IMG/VR virus record: IMGVR_UViG_3300044911_002392
Coordinates: 1-27,454 of that record
DNA from: a virus
Taxonomy: Duplodnaviria > Caudoviricetes
Strand: one strand, 5' to 3'
DNA: 27,454 bases
Made by a program: the position numbers and the translations under genes. This document shows positions 6,684 through 15,734 of this stretch, one piece after another (positions within the stretch are counted from its first letter, which is position 1; each line of letters opens with the position of its first letter). The notes under the pieces are model-generated. The model made no database searches, had not been told where the DNA came from, and was given only the letters and a program-made list of their open reading frames with translations.

Positions 6684-9164
6684 CTACCGTTCGTTCTGGT
6701 TCCGTGGACCGGCGCCAGCCATCCCCATAGCCCCCGCACCGCCAGCCATCAGGCCGACAGCCGGCAGCCCCTGATAGCCTTGCCGGCGCACGTAGTCCTG
6801 AAAGGACCGGAACCCGCCGCCGGAGCTGGCCGACAGGAGGTCGAGCAGGCGCTGAACGTCCGGGCGGTTGGCGGCGGCCTGCGGACCCAGAACCCGCTGC
6901 GCGACGGCGCGACGCGCGTCCAGCATGGCTGGCACCCCCGCCACGTCGAGGCGCTGCGCGGCGTTGATCACGTCGGGCCGGTTGAGCGTCTCATCGAGGA
7001 ACCGGGCCACCTGCCCGGACCCCTCCTCGCCCCACGGCACCGTGGTGAGGCCGCTCTCCAGCCGCCCCGGGGTGATCTCGTAGTTGCCTTTGAGCTTCGT
7101 GAGCGTCTGCTTGATCACCTTCTGCACGTCCTTGCCATCCACGGTGGTGTTCCACACCGTGCCGGGAGTCGTGAAGTCGGAGTCGGCGTACCGGCCCACG
7201 TAGAAGCCGGTGTCGCCGTAGTCCATGATGTTCAGGCCGGCCGCCTCCAGCGCGGCTTTGGCTTGCGCGAGATCGTTCGGGTTGCCCATCACGTGCGCGC
7301 CGGTCTTCTCGGAACCCTTCATGCTAGAGTTCTGGGGCGTGAACTTGCCCAACCCGACGCCCTGCTGGCCGCGAATGACGCCCTCGATGGCGCTCTGGAC
7401 CTCGAGGCCACCCCGGCTGGCGTCGTCCATCATAGGGCCTCCACGCTTGAGGTTGCCCTTGGCGTTGCGCCCCAGCACCGAGCTCTGCATCCCCACCAGC
7501 GGGCGCGCCACGTCGGTGACGCTTTGCGTGATCTCGCCCGTCGCCGGATCTGTCCACTGACCGCGCACCACGCGCGTGGGCTCCTGAAACATCTGGAACG
7601 CCGACAGCAACGGGTTGCGCTCGCCGGTCGCCGCCAGTGACTCGCGCGCGAACTGCTCCTGCGCCTCGGCTGGCAACGCCCCGAACCCTTCGTACATGCC
7701 GCTGGTGGAGCCGGGGGCGAACTCGGCCGTGATCGCCGCCACCTGACGCCGCGCTGCGTCGTCGATGCCGGCGTTCGCCTTCGCGCGCATTTCCTGCAGC
7801 GTCAGCAGCTTGGGCGCCGTCGGGCGCGTCGCCTTCTTTCCCTTTGCCTTGGCACGGTCGAACTTCGCCATGTCCTTCTGGTACTTCGCCAGCATGGCGT
7901 TCTGCGCCTCAAGCATCTGCTGAAAGCGCTCCGCACCCCACGTAGCAGCCTGCGCGGCGCGGGGCGACCACGTGAATGACGAGTAGCCCGGTGGCAAGAG
8001 CCCCGCGCGCTGCGCCCGCTCTGCCACAAGCAGGTTCTCGCCCGTCAGGAAGCCGTGCTCTTGCGGCGTGAAGCCGCGCGAGAACAGCGCATCGGGGTTG
8101 TTCTTGCTTCCCTGATAGCCGAACACGCGCCCGTGCCAGATGTCGTTGGCCGTCTTGTACAGCTCGTCCTCCGGCACCGTCGGATCCTTGGCGTCCGCGT
8201 ACGGTCCGGTCTTCTTGCCCAGCCGAATGCGGGCCGGCTCAAGCGTGAATCCGCCAGTCACTGGATTGTACACGTAGGCGGTTGCCACATTGCGCGCCTG
8301 CGCCCCGGTGCGCGGAGTGATGTCGTCGCCGCGCAGCACCTTCGCGTTGTGCTGGCGCAGCATGGCGTTGATTTCGGTGGGCGGGGTCGCCTGCGGGCTG
8401 TATGCAGCGCCGCTGCGCGCGAAAAGCGACGCCATGCGGCCCTCTTCGGAAAGCGGATCCATCCCCTGCTGGAATCCCGACACGTCTTCAGCCGTGTCGC
8501 GCGCGCGGGTGTACCACGCCGCATTGGAAAGCCCACCCTCCACCTTCTGGTCAACCTGCGACCGCATGGCGCCCAGCTTCTGGGGCGAATCGACGCCGCG
8601 CGGCGCGCCGATGTACTGGCCCGTGGTCGGGTTCTGCTTGAGGTGCTCGCCGCGCAGGGATGCCTGCAGCGCTTCAGCCGCGTTCATGTCATCGAACACG
8701 GTGGCAACGCTCTGGTCAGTGAGGTTGGATGCCGCCACCCGGCCACTCCGCGCCGCTTCATCCGTCACGTCCGCCAGCTTCTTGAGCTTGCGCGCCGCCT
8801 TTACCTTGCTGCCGACGCCGGCCGTGGAAAGACCAATCGCGAGGTCGGCGCCGATCTTGCCGGCGCCACCACGCACGTCGCCGCGCAGCATGTCGGCCAG
8901 TCCACTGATGACCGTCCCAGCGCCAACGGGCCCCGGCGTCAGCACGTCCGCGCCGATGCCTAACAGCTCGCCCACACTCGGGCCGCGCAGCCCGCTGGGT
9001 ACGCCCATGCTGCCGGCACCCGCGCGACGCGCCTGCTCCTGCATCGCCATCAGGTCACGCAGCGCGCGCGTCGCGGTCGCATCCGACGGCTCCGGACGCA
9101 CCAGCGTGAGCGGGCGGTAGTCGTCCAGCGACGGCCGGCGACGGGGAGGAAACAGCGGATCCAT
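6684..9164 (-). CDS. Large putative internal virion/ejection protein with a central HhH-glycosylase-like motif set
   Basis: Last gene of the ejection cluster; Gly/Ala-rich hydrophobic ends; central WY...AAYSPQ...GKKT..Y...DIWHGR...QAATW. Confidence 0.6.
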   Translation of the reverse strand: MDPLFPPRRRPSLDDYRPLTLVRPEPSDATATRALRDLMAMQEQARRAGAGSMGVPSGLRGPSVGELLGIGADVLTPGPVGAGTVISGLADMLRGDVRGGAGKIGADLAIGLSTAGVGSKVKAARKLKKLADVTDEAARSGRVAASNLTDQSVATVFDDMNAAEALQASLRGEHLKQNPTTGQYIGAPRGVDSPQKLGAMRSQVDQKVEGGLSNAAWYTRARDTAEDVSGFQQGMDPLSEEGRMASLFARSGAAYSPQATPPTEINAMLRQHNAKVLRGDDITPRTGAQARNVATAYVYNPVTGGFTLEPARIRLGKKTGPYADAKDPTVPEDELYKTANDIWHGRVFGYQGSKNNPDALFSRGFTPQEHGFLTGENLLVAERAQRAGLLPPGYSSFTWSPRAAQAATWGAERFQQMLEAQNAMLAKYQKDMAKFDRAKAKGKKATRPTAPKLLTLQEMRAKANAGIDDAARRQVAAITAEFAPGSTSGMYEGFGALPAEAQEQFARESLAATGERNPLLSAFQMFQEPTRVVRGQWTDPATGEITQSVTDVARPLVGMQSSVLGRNAKGNLKRGGPMMDDASRGGLEVQSAIEGVIRGQQGVGLGKFTPQNSSMKGSEKTGAHVMGNPNDLAQAKAALEAAGLNIMDYGDTGFYVGRYADSDFTTPGTVWNTTVDGKDVQKVIKQTLTKLKGNYEITPGRLESGLTTVPWGEEGSGQVARFLDETLNRPDVINAAQRLDVAGVPAMLDARRAVAQRVLGPQAAANRPDVQRLLDLLSASSGGGFRSFQDYVRRQGYQGLPAVGLMAGGAGAMGMAGAGPRNQNER

Positions 9165-9167
9165 GCG

Positions 9168-11306
9168 TCAGTACCCTCGGATGAGTTGTCCGCCCACCAC
9201 GCCACCGAGCCGACCGCCGGCCCGGGCGCCGATCTGTGCGCGCTGCGCCGCCGCCGCCGCTGCCGGCGACAGCCCGCGCAGGTACGCCACCGCCTCCGGC
9301 CCCTGCTGCGTCAGCAGGTCCGCAAGCTGCGCCGCCGTGCTGGTGCGCGCGCGCGAAGCGCCCGCGTTTGCCAGCCCCATGAGCGCCAGCCGCGCCAGCC
9401 CCATCGCATCCATCGACAAGTCACCGGGCCGGAAGTCCGTCGCGAAGTCCAGCAGCCCCGCAAGGTTCTGCGCCGTCTGCGACTGCCGCGTCATGCGCGC
9501 ATACGGGCCCGCCATGCGCAGCTCGTCCTCCACCATGCTCCGCAGCATCTCGAACGACTCCTCGTCCGGGTACAGCTTGCGCAGGCGCTGCTGCGCGGTC
9601 GGGTCAGTGAGGATGTTCACCGCCACCGCGCGCCCCTCCCGCCGCCGAAGCTGCTCCGCGATGGCGTTGGCCGCCCCTAGCCGGTACATGTCCCGCTCGT
9701 CCGGGTTGAGGCCGGCCAGCGTGTCCTCGAAGTCGTCCGCGCCGCCCCGCAGGAACCGCTTTCCAGACTCGAGCGCGTCCATCAGCCCCTGCTGCCCGCC
9801 CCAGAACTGCCGCGCCTTCTTGTAGGCCGGTGCCTGCACGTCCACCTGCGTGACCAGCGTGTTCTTTGCCCCCGTCAGGATGCGCGCAAGATCCGCGTCC
9901 TCGTTCCGCTGCGCTGCCCCGATCAGGGCGTCAAAGCCGCGTTTGACTACGTCAATGTCGCGCACCGTGGGGTCGCGCAGCAGCTCGATGGTCTCCTCGC
10001 CGTCGTTGTACTTGGTCACGCGGAACAGCGCCGGCAGCGGCTTCTTGTCTGCGTCCGTGAACGCCTCGAGGCGCGAGCGGCGCAGCCCCTCGAACCACGC
10101 CTTCCGCGCGTCCGAGGTCAGCAGCAGGTTGATCCCATCCTCGTTGAGCTGCACCGGGCCGTGCGCGTACGCCTCCTCGTACAGCAGCTTGGCGGGCGGC
10201 TTGCGGTCCGCGTCGATCTGGCGGACCACCTGATTGATGTTCTGCAGCTTGGACCGGCTGGTTTTCTCGACGCCCTCGGCCAGCCGGCCGCTGGCGCCCT
10301 GCACGCGACCCTGAAAGAATTCCGCCACCCGGCGCCGCCCTTGCCCGGGGATCAGGTACGCCGTGTTCGCCAGCTCAAGGAGGTTCTCCTCCCCCACGTC
10401 CGCGACCGCGCCCGGGGCCCCGCGCGCCTGCATCGCCTCGAGGCGCTGCGCCGCCATCTCCGGGGTGAGCTCGTCGTCGGCCAGCGCCTGCATCAGCTTG
10501 CCCTCGGCGCGGCGCTGCGCGCGCCGGTCCAGCGGGCCCGCCGTCAGCTTCTGCGCCGCAAGCGCGGGCGCGTTCGTGGCCGTCCGGACGGCGCGCTGAA
10601 ACGGGTTGGCGCTTCCCGGGAGGGGCGGCGGCGCGTTTTCGGCCATTGCCCGAATTGGCGTCTCCAGCACGTCCACTGCCCGACTGCCCAGCGCGCGCAT
10701 CCCGGCGCCGACGGCGGGAATGGCGCCGCCCACCACCGTCCCCACGCCCGCGCCCAGCCCCGCCGCCGCCGGCACGTCCTCCATCTCCGGCGCTGCCCCT
10801 GCGCCCGTCACCGCCCCGGAGGCGGCGCCGGCCGCCGCCGCCCGCGCCACCCGGGCGCCCAGCGGAGCCATGCGCGCCGCCACCCCGGGCGCCGCCGCGC
10901 CGCCAGAGGCGATCAGCGCGGCCGCGCTGGGGATGATAGCGCCGCCGATCTCGGCCGGGATGCTCAGGCCCGGGTACTGGTCCGCGAACTCGGCCTGCTC
11001 GCTGCGGATCTGGTCCCGCGTCGCCTTGTAGTCGCCCAGCTTGCCGAAGCCCGTGCGGAACCCCGCCTCGATCTCGTCCCCGAACTGGAACCCGAGTCCC
11101 TGCCCCAGCGCGCTGCGCGCCACGCCCTTGGCGATGTCGCCCATCCCCATCGCCGGCTTGGCTGCTGCCGGCTGCGGTGCCGCCTGCTGCTTAGACAGCT
11201 CGCGCTGGAGGTACGCCCGGATGACCTCCTCCGGCGCCCCGTTGCGGCGCATCGTCTCCACGTCTCGGCGGATCCGCTCCTCGTCAGGGTTCTGCAGTCC
11301 GTCCAT
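9168..11306 (-). CDS. Putative DNA ejection/internal virion protein (712 aa)
   Basis: GQGLGFQFGDEIEAG motif followed by long Ala/Gly hydrophobic stretches, as in podophage DNA-transfer proteins; position after the tail genes. Confidence 0.7.
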   Translation of the reverse strand: MDGLQNPDEERIRRDVETMRRNGAPEEVIRAYLQRELSKQQAAPQPAAAKPAMGMGDIAKGVARSALGQGLGFQFGDEIEAGFRTGFGKLGDYKATRDQIRSEQAEFADQYPGLSIPAEIGGAIIPSAAALIASGGAAAPGVAARMAPLGARVARAAAAGAASGAVTGAGAAPEMEDVPAAAGLGAGVGTVVGGAIPAVGAGMRALGSRAVDVLETPIRAMAENAPPPLPGSANPFQRAVRTATNAPALAAQKLTAGPLDRRAQRRAEGKLMQALADDELTPEMAAQRLEAMQARGAPGAVADVGEENLLELANTAYLIPGQGRRRVAEFFQGRVQGASGRLAEGVEKTSRSKLQNINQVVRQIDADRKPPAKLLYEEAYAHGPVQLNEDGINLLLTSDARKAWFEGLRRSRLEAFTDADKKPLPALFRVTKYNDGEETIELLRDPTVRDIDVVKRGFDALIGAAQRNEDADLARILTGAKNTLVTQVDVQAPAYKKARQFWGGQQGLMDALESGKRFLRGGADDFEDTLAGLNPDERDMYRLGAANAIAEQLRRREGRAVAVNILTDPTAQQRLRKLYPDEESFEMLRSMVEDELRMAGPYARMTRQSQTAQNLAGLLDFATDFRPGDLSMDAMGLARLALMGLANAGASRARTSTAAQLADLLTQQGPEAVAYLRGLSPAAAAAAQRAQIGARAGGRLGGVVGGQLIRGY

Positions 11307-11310
11307 CAGG

Positions 11311-12480
11311 TCACCCCGGGTTCAGGAAGTACTGAATCATCTCATCCATGGACATGCTGTCGCCACCGGCGCCCTGCGGGGTGTTGCTGTAGTCGTAGTA
11401 CCTACGCGCAGGCTCCGCGAGCTTTCGCATCGACTGCATGTAGGTGGCGCGCGCAGCCGACTTGGCCTTGGCGAGATCCGGCGAGTCTCCGGGCGCCGGC
11501 ACGTAGCGCTGGAACACGTCCCGCAGCTCGTTCGGCGTGATGGCTGCGCCAGACTCCTTGCGGAGCACACCGGCCGCGAAGTCACGCGCGGCGCGCAGGT
11601 ACTCCTGCTCCTCGTCGTTCAGGATGACGTTGCCGGCCCCAAACGGCGTGCGGAGGGCTGACGCCAGCTTCCAGCCGCTGATCTTGCCACTCTGGCCCAG
11701 CTCGTCCATGGTGACGCTCGCGTCGTCCATCAGCTTGGCATACAGGTAGCTTTTCTCCTGCGCCTCCGTCGGACGAGCGGGCGGGCGCGGCACCGACGGT
11801 CGGGTGCCAGTGGGCACGCGCTCGCGCATCCCGGTGTCGAACCGCTGCCCGGGCTGGAGTTCCGGCACCTGCACGAAGGCGACGCTACCGTCAGCCTGCA
11901 CGACCCGCTGCGGCGCCCCGGGCTGCTGCGGCTTGGGGCGCAGCCGGTCCAGCAGCGCCCCCCGCATGTTTTCTGGGGACGCCATGATGGCCTGCGACTC
12001 CTGCGGGGTGAACCCTGCCGCCTGCAGCGCCTGCACGCCCTGCCGCGTCGCCATCTCGGCCTTGCCGGCCTCCGTCCGCTCGTACGGCTGGAAGTACTTC
12101 GTCGCCTTGCCGGCGCTGTCGGTGTAGTCGAACGTGCGCCCCTTCTGCAGCCGCTCGCGCGCCTGCTTGCCCATCATCGCAAGCGCGTCGCCCGCCATCC
12201 CCAGCGACCCGGGTGCACCACGCAGCCCGCCGAGCTGCTCCATCTGCGCGGCCTGCTGCTCCAGCGGCGCGTACTCCTCCAGCCCCAGCTCGAAGCGCTT
12301 GAGGTTGAACTGCTGCTCCTGCGCACGCTGCTGCGCCTCGCGGGCCAACCGCTCCTTTTCCTCCTGCCGCTCGCGCTCCTCCCGCAAAGCACGGCGCTGC
12401 TGCTCCTGTGCCAAGAGCTGCATCCCCGTAGACCCCAGTGACTGCAACCCAGCACCCAACCCGGCAAGAAAGTCAGACAT
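11311..12480 (-). CDS. Putative DNA ejection/internal virion protein (389 aa)
   Basis: N-terminal FLAGLGAGL plus coiled coil; C-terminal TEAQEK...LRKESGAAI...YVPAPGD block. Confidence 0.7.
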   Translation of the reverse strand: MSDFLAGLGAGLQSLGSTGMQLLAQEQQRRALREERERQEEKERLAREAQQRAQEQQFNLKRFELGLEEYAPLEQQAAQMEQLGGLRGAPGSLGMAGDALAMMGKQARERLQKGRTFDYTDSAGKATKYFQPYERTEAGKAEMATRQGVQALQAAGFTPQESQAIMASPENMRGALLDRLRPKPQQPGAPQRVVQADGSVAFVQVPELQPGQRFDTGMRERVPTGTRPSVPRPPARPTEAQEKSYLYAKLMDDASVTMDELGQSGKISGWKLASALRTPFGAGNVILNDEEQEYLRAARDFAAGVLRKESGAAITPNELRDVFQRYVPAPGDSPDLAKAKSAARATYMQSMRKLAEPARRYYDYSNTPQGAGGDSMSMDEMIQYFLNPG

Positions 12481-12483
12481 GCG

Positions 12484-14514
12484 TTAGCCCCCGAGCCCAA
12501 GCAACTGCAGGAAGAAACGGTCCTGATCGCTCAAGACCCCTTGGTTGAAGCGCGCCCTCTCGAGGTCGTTGCTGAACGCATCCTGCCCCATCCCGCGCAA
12601 AAACTGCGACCAGTTGAGGTTCTGCGAAAAGCGGTCGTTGCCAGCGTTGCGGCTGAAGTTGGCTACGTCCATCTGGTTCTGGAACCCCTGCTGCCCGAGC
12701 TGATTCTGGAACTGCAACCCCTGCATCCCCTGCCCAAAGCTCTGCGCGTTCCGCCGCAGCCCGAAATCCGCCGTCCCGATGCGCTGGTTGAACCCTTGCG
12801 CCTCCCGCCGCAGCCCGAAATCCTGCTGCGCCATGGCGTTGTTGAACGCCGCGTTCTGTTGCGCCAGCGACAACTGCTGCCCCTGCAGTCCAAGGTTGGC
12901 GCGCCCCATCTCCTCGCTCAACGCTGCCGCGCGCTGACCCTGCCCCATCCCGATGGCCTGCGCGCGTGCGCCGGCAAAGTCGCGCGCCCGCTGCCCCGCG
13001 AGATCGGACGCCAACTGTGCCTGAGCGCTCCTCTGCTGCACGTTCAAGTCGGACAACCGCCCGCCCATGATGCTCGAGTCCGACAACCCCCGCGCCGCCA
13101 TCTCCTCGCGCAACGCCGTCTGCCGCTGCGCAAACTCGTCGTCGATGTTCTGCCCCATCTCGCCGTACAGCCGTCGCACCTCCGCGTTGTCGAACGCGGA
13201 CGGGTTCTGCAGCGCCTCACGCAGGGACTGCTCGGTCAACGAGTTCACGTCGAGCATCTGCGCGCCTTGCGCACCGCCGCCAATCGCTGCGAAGCCGGGA
13301 GATGCGCTCGCCGCCGGTGACCCGGCAGCACCGCCACTGGGCGCGGCCGCAGGCGCGCTTTGGCCCGCTTGTAGTTGCGCAAGCCGCTCCTGTGAAGGCG
13401 GAGTGGTCGTCCACTGCCCGTCGTAGTAGTACTTGATCGGCTGCCCAGCCGTTTGCCCCTGCAGGTACTCTGCGCCGGGGTTAGCCTCCAAAACGGAACG
13501 AAGGATCAGATCCTCGGTGGACTCCCCGGGGCGTGCCGATACGGAACGAACAGGCCCCGGAATGGAGACTGGTCCCTGCGTCGCCTGCGTCGCCTGCCTC
13601 GCCTGCGTTGCCTGCGTTGCCTGCGCAGCCGCTGGGAATGCCGCCGCCTGCGCAGGCGTCTGCATAGACGATTGCGCCAGCATCACCGGATCGACGCCTT
13701 CCGACGTGAGCCCAGCCGGCATCGCCTGCGCAGCCTCCGCAAGCCCCGGCGCGTTGCGGCCGAGTTCCATGAGCTGCCGCAGTTGTTCAAGAAACGATTG
13801 CGGAGCAGTGTACGGGGTTGGAGCCGTCGGCAAGGCGCCCGTCTGCAACTGGCCGGCCGCAAAGCCAGCAAGGTCAAACGGCGCCGGCGCTGCCGCCGAA
13901 TTTTGCTCCTGACGCTGCATAAACTGCTGCTGCGCCGCCATCTGCCGCTGGAACCCCTCCGGATCCATCATGGCTGCCATGGGGTCCAGCCCCATTTGCT
14001 GGGCCTGCTGCATGGCCGCTTCCTGCTGTGGCGAGCGCTGGCCCTGCAGTGCGCCCATCTGCTGCTCGAACTGCTGCCGCGCGTTGGCATCCCACTGCGA
14101 ACCGTACTGCTGCTGCGCCTGCCGCATCGTCGCCAACTGCGCGTCCACGGACGCCTGCGGGTTGTAGCCTCCCTGCGCCTGCGGCGCCTGCCGCGAATAC
14201 CCCTGCGTCTGCACCGGCGGGGGCGCAGGACGCGCCTGACCCTGCCGCTGAAGCTCCGCGAACGTGGGCTGCGGCGCCTTGTTCACCGGGCGCGGCGCAT
14301 CGACAGCCTGAAGTCCCTGCTCGAAATCGCCGTCCGTTTGCTGCTGGGGCTGCGGCGGGGCTTGCTGCGACGGGGGCGGCGAAGGCGTTGGCCTCTGTTG
14401 GGCCCCCGCCTGTGCACGGCGACGGCGCTCCTCCTCGTCAGTCGCCGTCTGCCCGTAGCCCGCCGCCCGCTGATCTCCGCCGTAACCAGCGGCCGGGTTG
14501 TACATCATGCGCAT
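12484..14514 (-). CDS. Gln/Ala-rich putative ejection (pilot-like) protein (676 aa)
   Basis: Low-complexity Q/A/P N-terminus; helical C-terminus with 9-residue Phe periodicity. Confidence 0.7.
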   Translation of the reverse strand: MRMMYNPAAGYGGDQRAAGYGQTATDEEERRRRAQAGAQQRPTPSPPPSQQAPPQPQQQTDGDFEQGLQAVDAPRPVNKAPQPTFAELQRQGQARPAPPPVQTQGYSRQAPQAQGGYNPQASVDAQLATMRQAQQQYGSQWDANARQQFEQQMGALQGQRSPQQEAAMQQAQQMGLDPMAAMMDPEGFQRQMAAQQQFMQRQEQNSAAAPAPFDLAGFAAGQLQTGALPTAPTPYTAPQSFLEQLRQLMELGRNAPGLAEAAQAMPAGLTSEGVDPVMLAQSSMQTPAQAAAFPAAAQATQATQARQATQATQGPVSIPGPVRSVSARPGESTEDLILRSVLEANPGAEYLQGQTAGQPIKYYYDGQWTTTPPSQERLAQLQAGQSAPAAAPSGGAAGSPAASASPGFAAIGGGAQGAQMLDVNSLTEQSLREALQNPSAFDNAEVRRLYGEMGQNIDDEFAQRQTALREEMAARGLSDSSIMGGRLSDLNVQQRSAQAQLASDLAGQRARDFAGARAQAIGMGQGQRAAALSEEMGRANLGLQGQQLSLAQQNAAFNNAMAQQDFGLRREAQGFNQRIGTADFGLRRNAQSFGQGMQGLQFQNQLGQQGFQNQMDVANFSRNAGNDRFSQNLNWSQFLRGMGQDAFSNDLERARFNQGVLSDQDRFFLQLLGLGG
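13575..13625. repeat. 9-bp tandem repeat (CCTGCGTYG, about 5.7 copies) encoding QAT repeats
   Basis: Read directly from the sequence; protein QATQATQARQATQATQ. Confidence 0.9.
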
Positions 14515-14523
14515 AGCGTGCCC

Positions 14524-15237
14524 TCAGAAAAGCAGGTAAGGGGTGAACCGCGCCATCATCATTTCCTCCTCAGCCGTCCGCCCGCCACCGCCACCGCCAC
14601 CGCCACCCACACCGCCACCGCCACCCATTCCGCCGCCAGTCCCGCCGCTCATTCCGCCATCCGACGGGGGAGGCGTCTGCGCGCTGTACATCCCCGGCAT
14701 GTCGCCCTGAAACTGCAGCCGGTTCCGCGCCGCAATCAGCGCGGCCGGATCCATTCCGCCCATGCCGGCCTTGTAGTTGCCAGCCGCCGTCCGCTGGGCG
14801 TTCAGCACGTCGGCAAGGCCGCCCGTGGCCTGCCCGCGCCCGGGGATCCCGCCCTGCGTGTAGTCGCGCGGCTGGAACGCCGCCGGCATGGCGCCCGCGC
14901 GCTGCGCCAACATGTACGCGGCGCGATCCGCCAGCGGGTTCAGGTTGATCTGGCGCTGCAGCGCCGCCGCCTGCTGCGCGCGCTGGTCCATCTGGCCGAC
15001 GCGATTCGTGTTGAAGTTGGCACCGAACTGCCGGTCGCTCTGGCCCATCTGGTCGCGCTGCAGCGTGTTGCCCTGCGCCATCTGCTCGCGCTGGAGCTGC
15101 TGCTGCTTCGCGAACTGCTCTGCCTGCTGGCGCAGTTCTTGGCGCTTCATGCGGTTGTTTGAAGCGCCCGTCAGCGCACTCCCTAGCGTGCTGGCACCAG
15201 CCAGAATCAGGCTGCCGGTCACCGGGTCGATTGGCAT
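14524..15237 (-). CDS. Small putative ejection protein (237 aa)
   Basis: MPIDPVTGSLILAGASTLGSALTG N-terminus, like the first ejection genes of podophages; Gln-rich 11-mer repeats; poly-Gly near the C-terminus. Confidence 0.7.
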   Translation of the reverse strand: MPIDPVTGSLILAGASTLGSALTGASNNRMKRQELRQQAEQFAKQQQLQREQMAQGNTLQRDQMGQSDRQFGANFNTNRVGQMDQRAQQAAALQRQINLNPLADRAAYMLAQRAGAMPAAFQPRDYTQGGIPGRGQATGGLADVLNAQRTAAGNYKAGMGGMDPAALIAARNRLQFQGDMPGMYSAQTPPPSDGGMSGGTGGGMGGGGGVGGGGGGGGGRTAEEEMMMARFTPYLLF

Positions 15238-15238
15238 G

Positions 15239-15517
15239 CTATTCGCTCCTGAACGTGATGAGGTCCACCGTGCCACCTGCCGGCGCGACGGTCCCGAAGT
15301 TGACCGTGCAGCCTGTCGTGCTCTTCGCTGTCACCCACACCGTCGTCCCCCAGCTCGGCGTCGCGCACACGCCAAACGCCGCGTCCACTTCCGCGCGGGG
15401 GAAGGTCACCGCCACGCTGCCCGCCCCCGTCGTCACGGTCTGCCCCACGATGTTGCCCGCCGAAGTCAGGAACCGGCGCCGCAACCGCAGCCAGTAGGTG
15501 TCGTCACGACCCGTCAC
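15239..15517 (-). CDS. Small beta-rich structural protein
   Basis: Inferred GTG start just after the previous stop; VAVTFP...FGVCATPSW...KSTTGCTVNF. Confidence 0.6.
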   Translation of the reverse strand: MTGRDDTYWLRLRRRFLTSAGNIVGQTVTTGAGSVAVTFPRAEVDAAFGVCATPSWGTTVWVTAKSTTGCTVNFGTVAPAGGTVDLITFRSE

Positions 15518-15518
15518 G

Positions 15519-15719
15519 TCACGGCTCAGGCGGCGGTTCCGGCGGCGGCGAAAACGTGCCGGTCCCGGGGTCGTACATGTACTCTGGGCCCACGTCCTTG
15601 CCGGTGCCGTCAATCAACACGATCCCGGCTGGAGAAGTATATGGCGTGACGCCATCCCACTCGATGACGTTCACGACCACGTTGTCGCTGGTGCGCACCA
15701 TCGCCCATCGCCCCATCAT
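15519..15719 (-). CDS. Putative tail fibre assembly/chaperone protein
   Basis: NVVVNVIEWDG...YDPGTGTFSPPP, directly downstream of the Gly-rich fibre. Confidence 0.6.
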   Translation of the reverse strand: MMGRWAMVRTSDNVVVNVIEWDGVTPYTSPAGIVLIDGTGKDVGPEYMYDPGTGTFSPPPEPPPEP

Positions 15720-15734
15720 CAGTCTCGCCCTCCC

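Noticed and set aside
13575-14650. CRISPR-like or other non-coding array
   Set aside because: The repeats are short in-frame coding tandem repeats (QAT, poly-Gly) without spacers.
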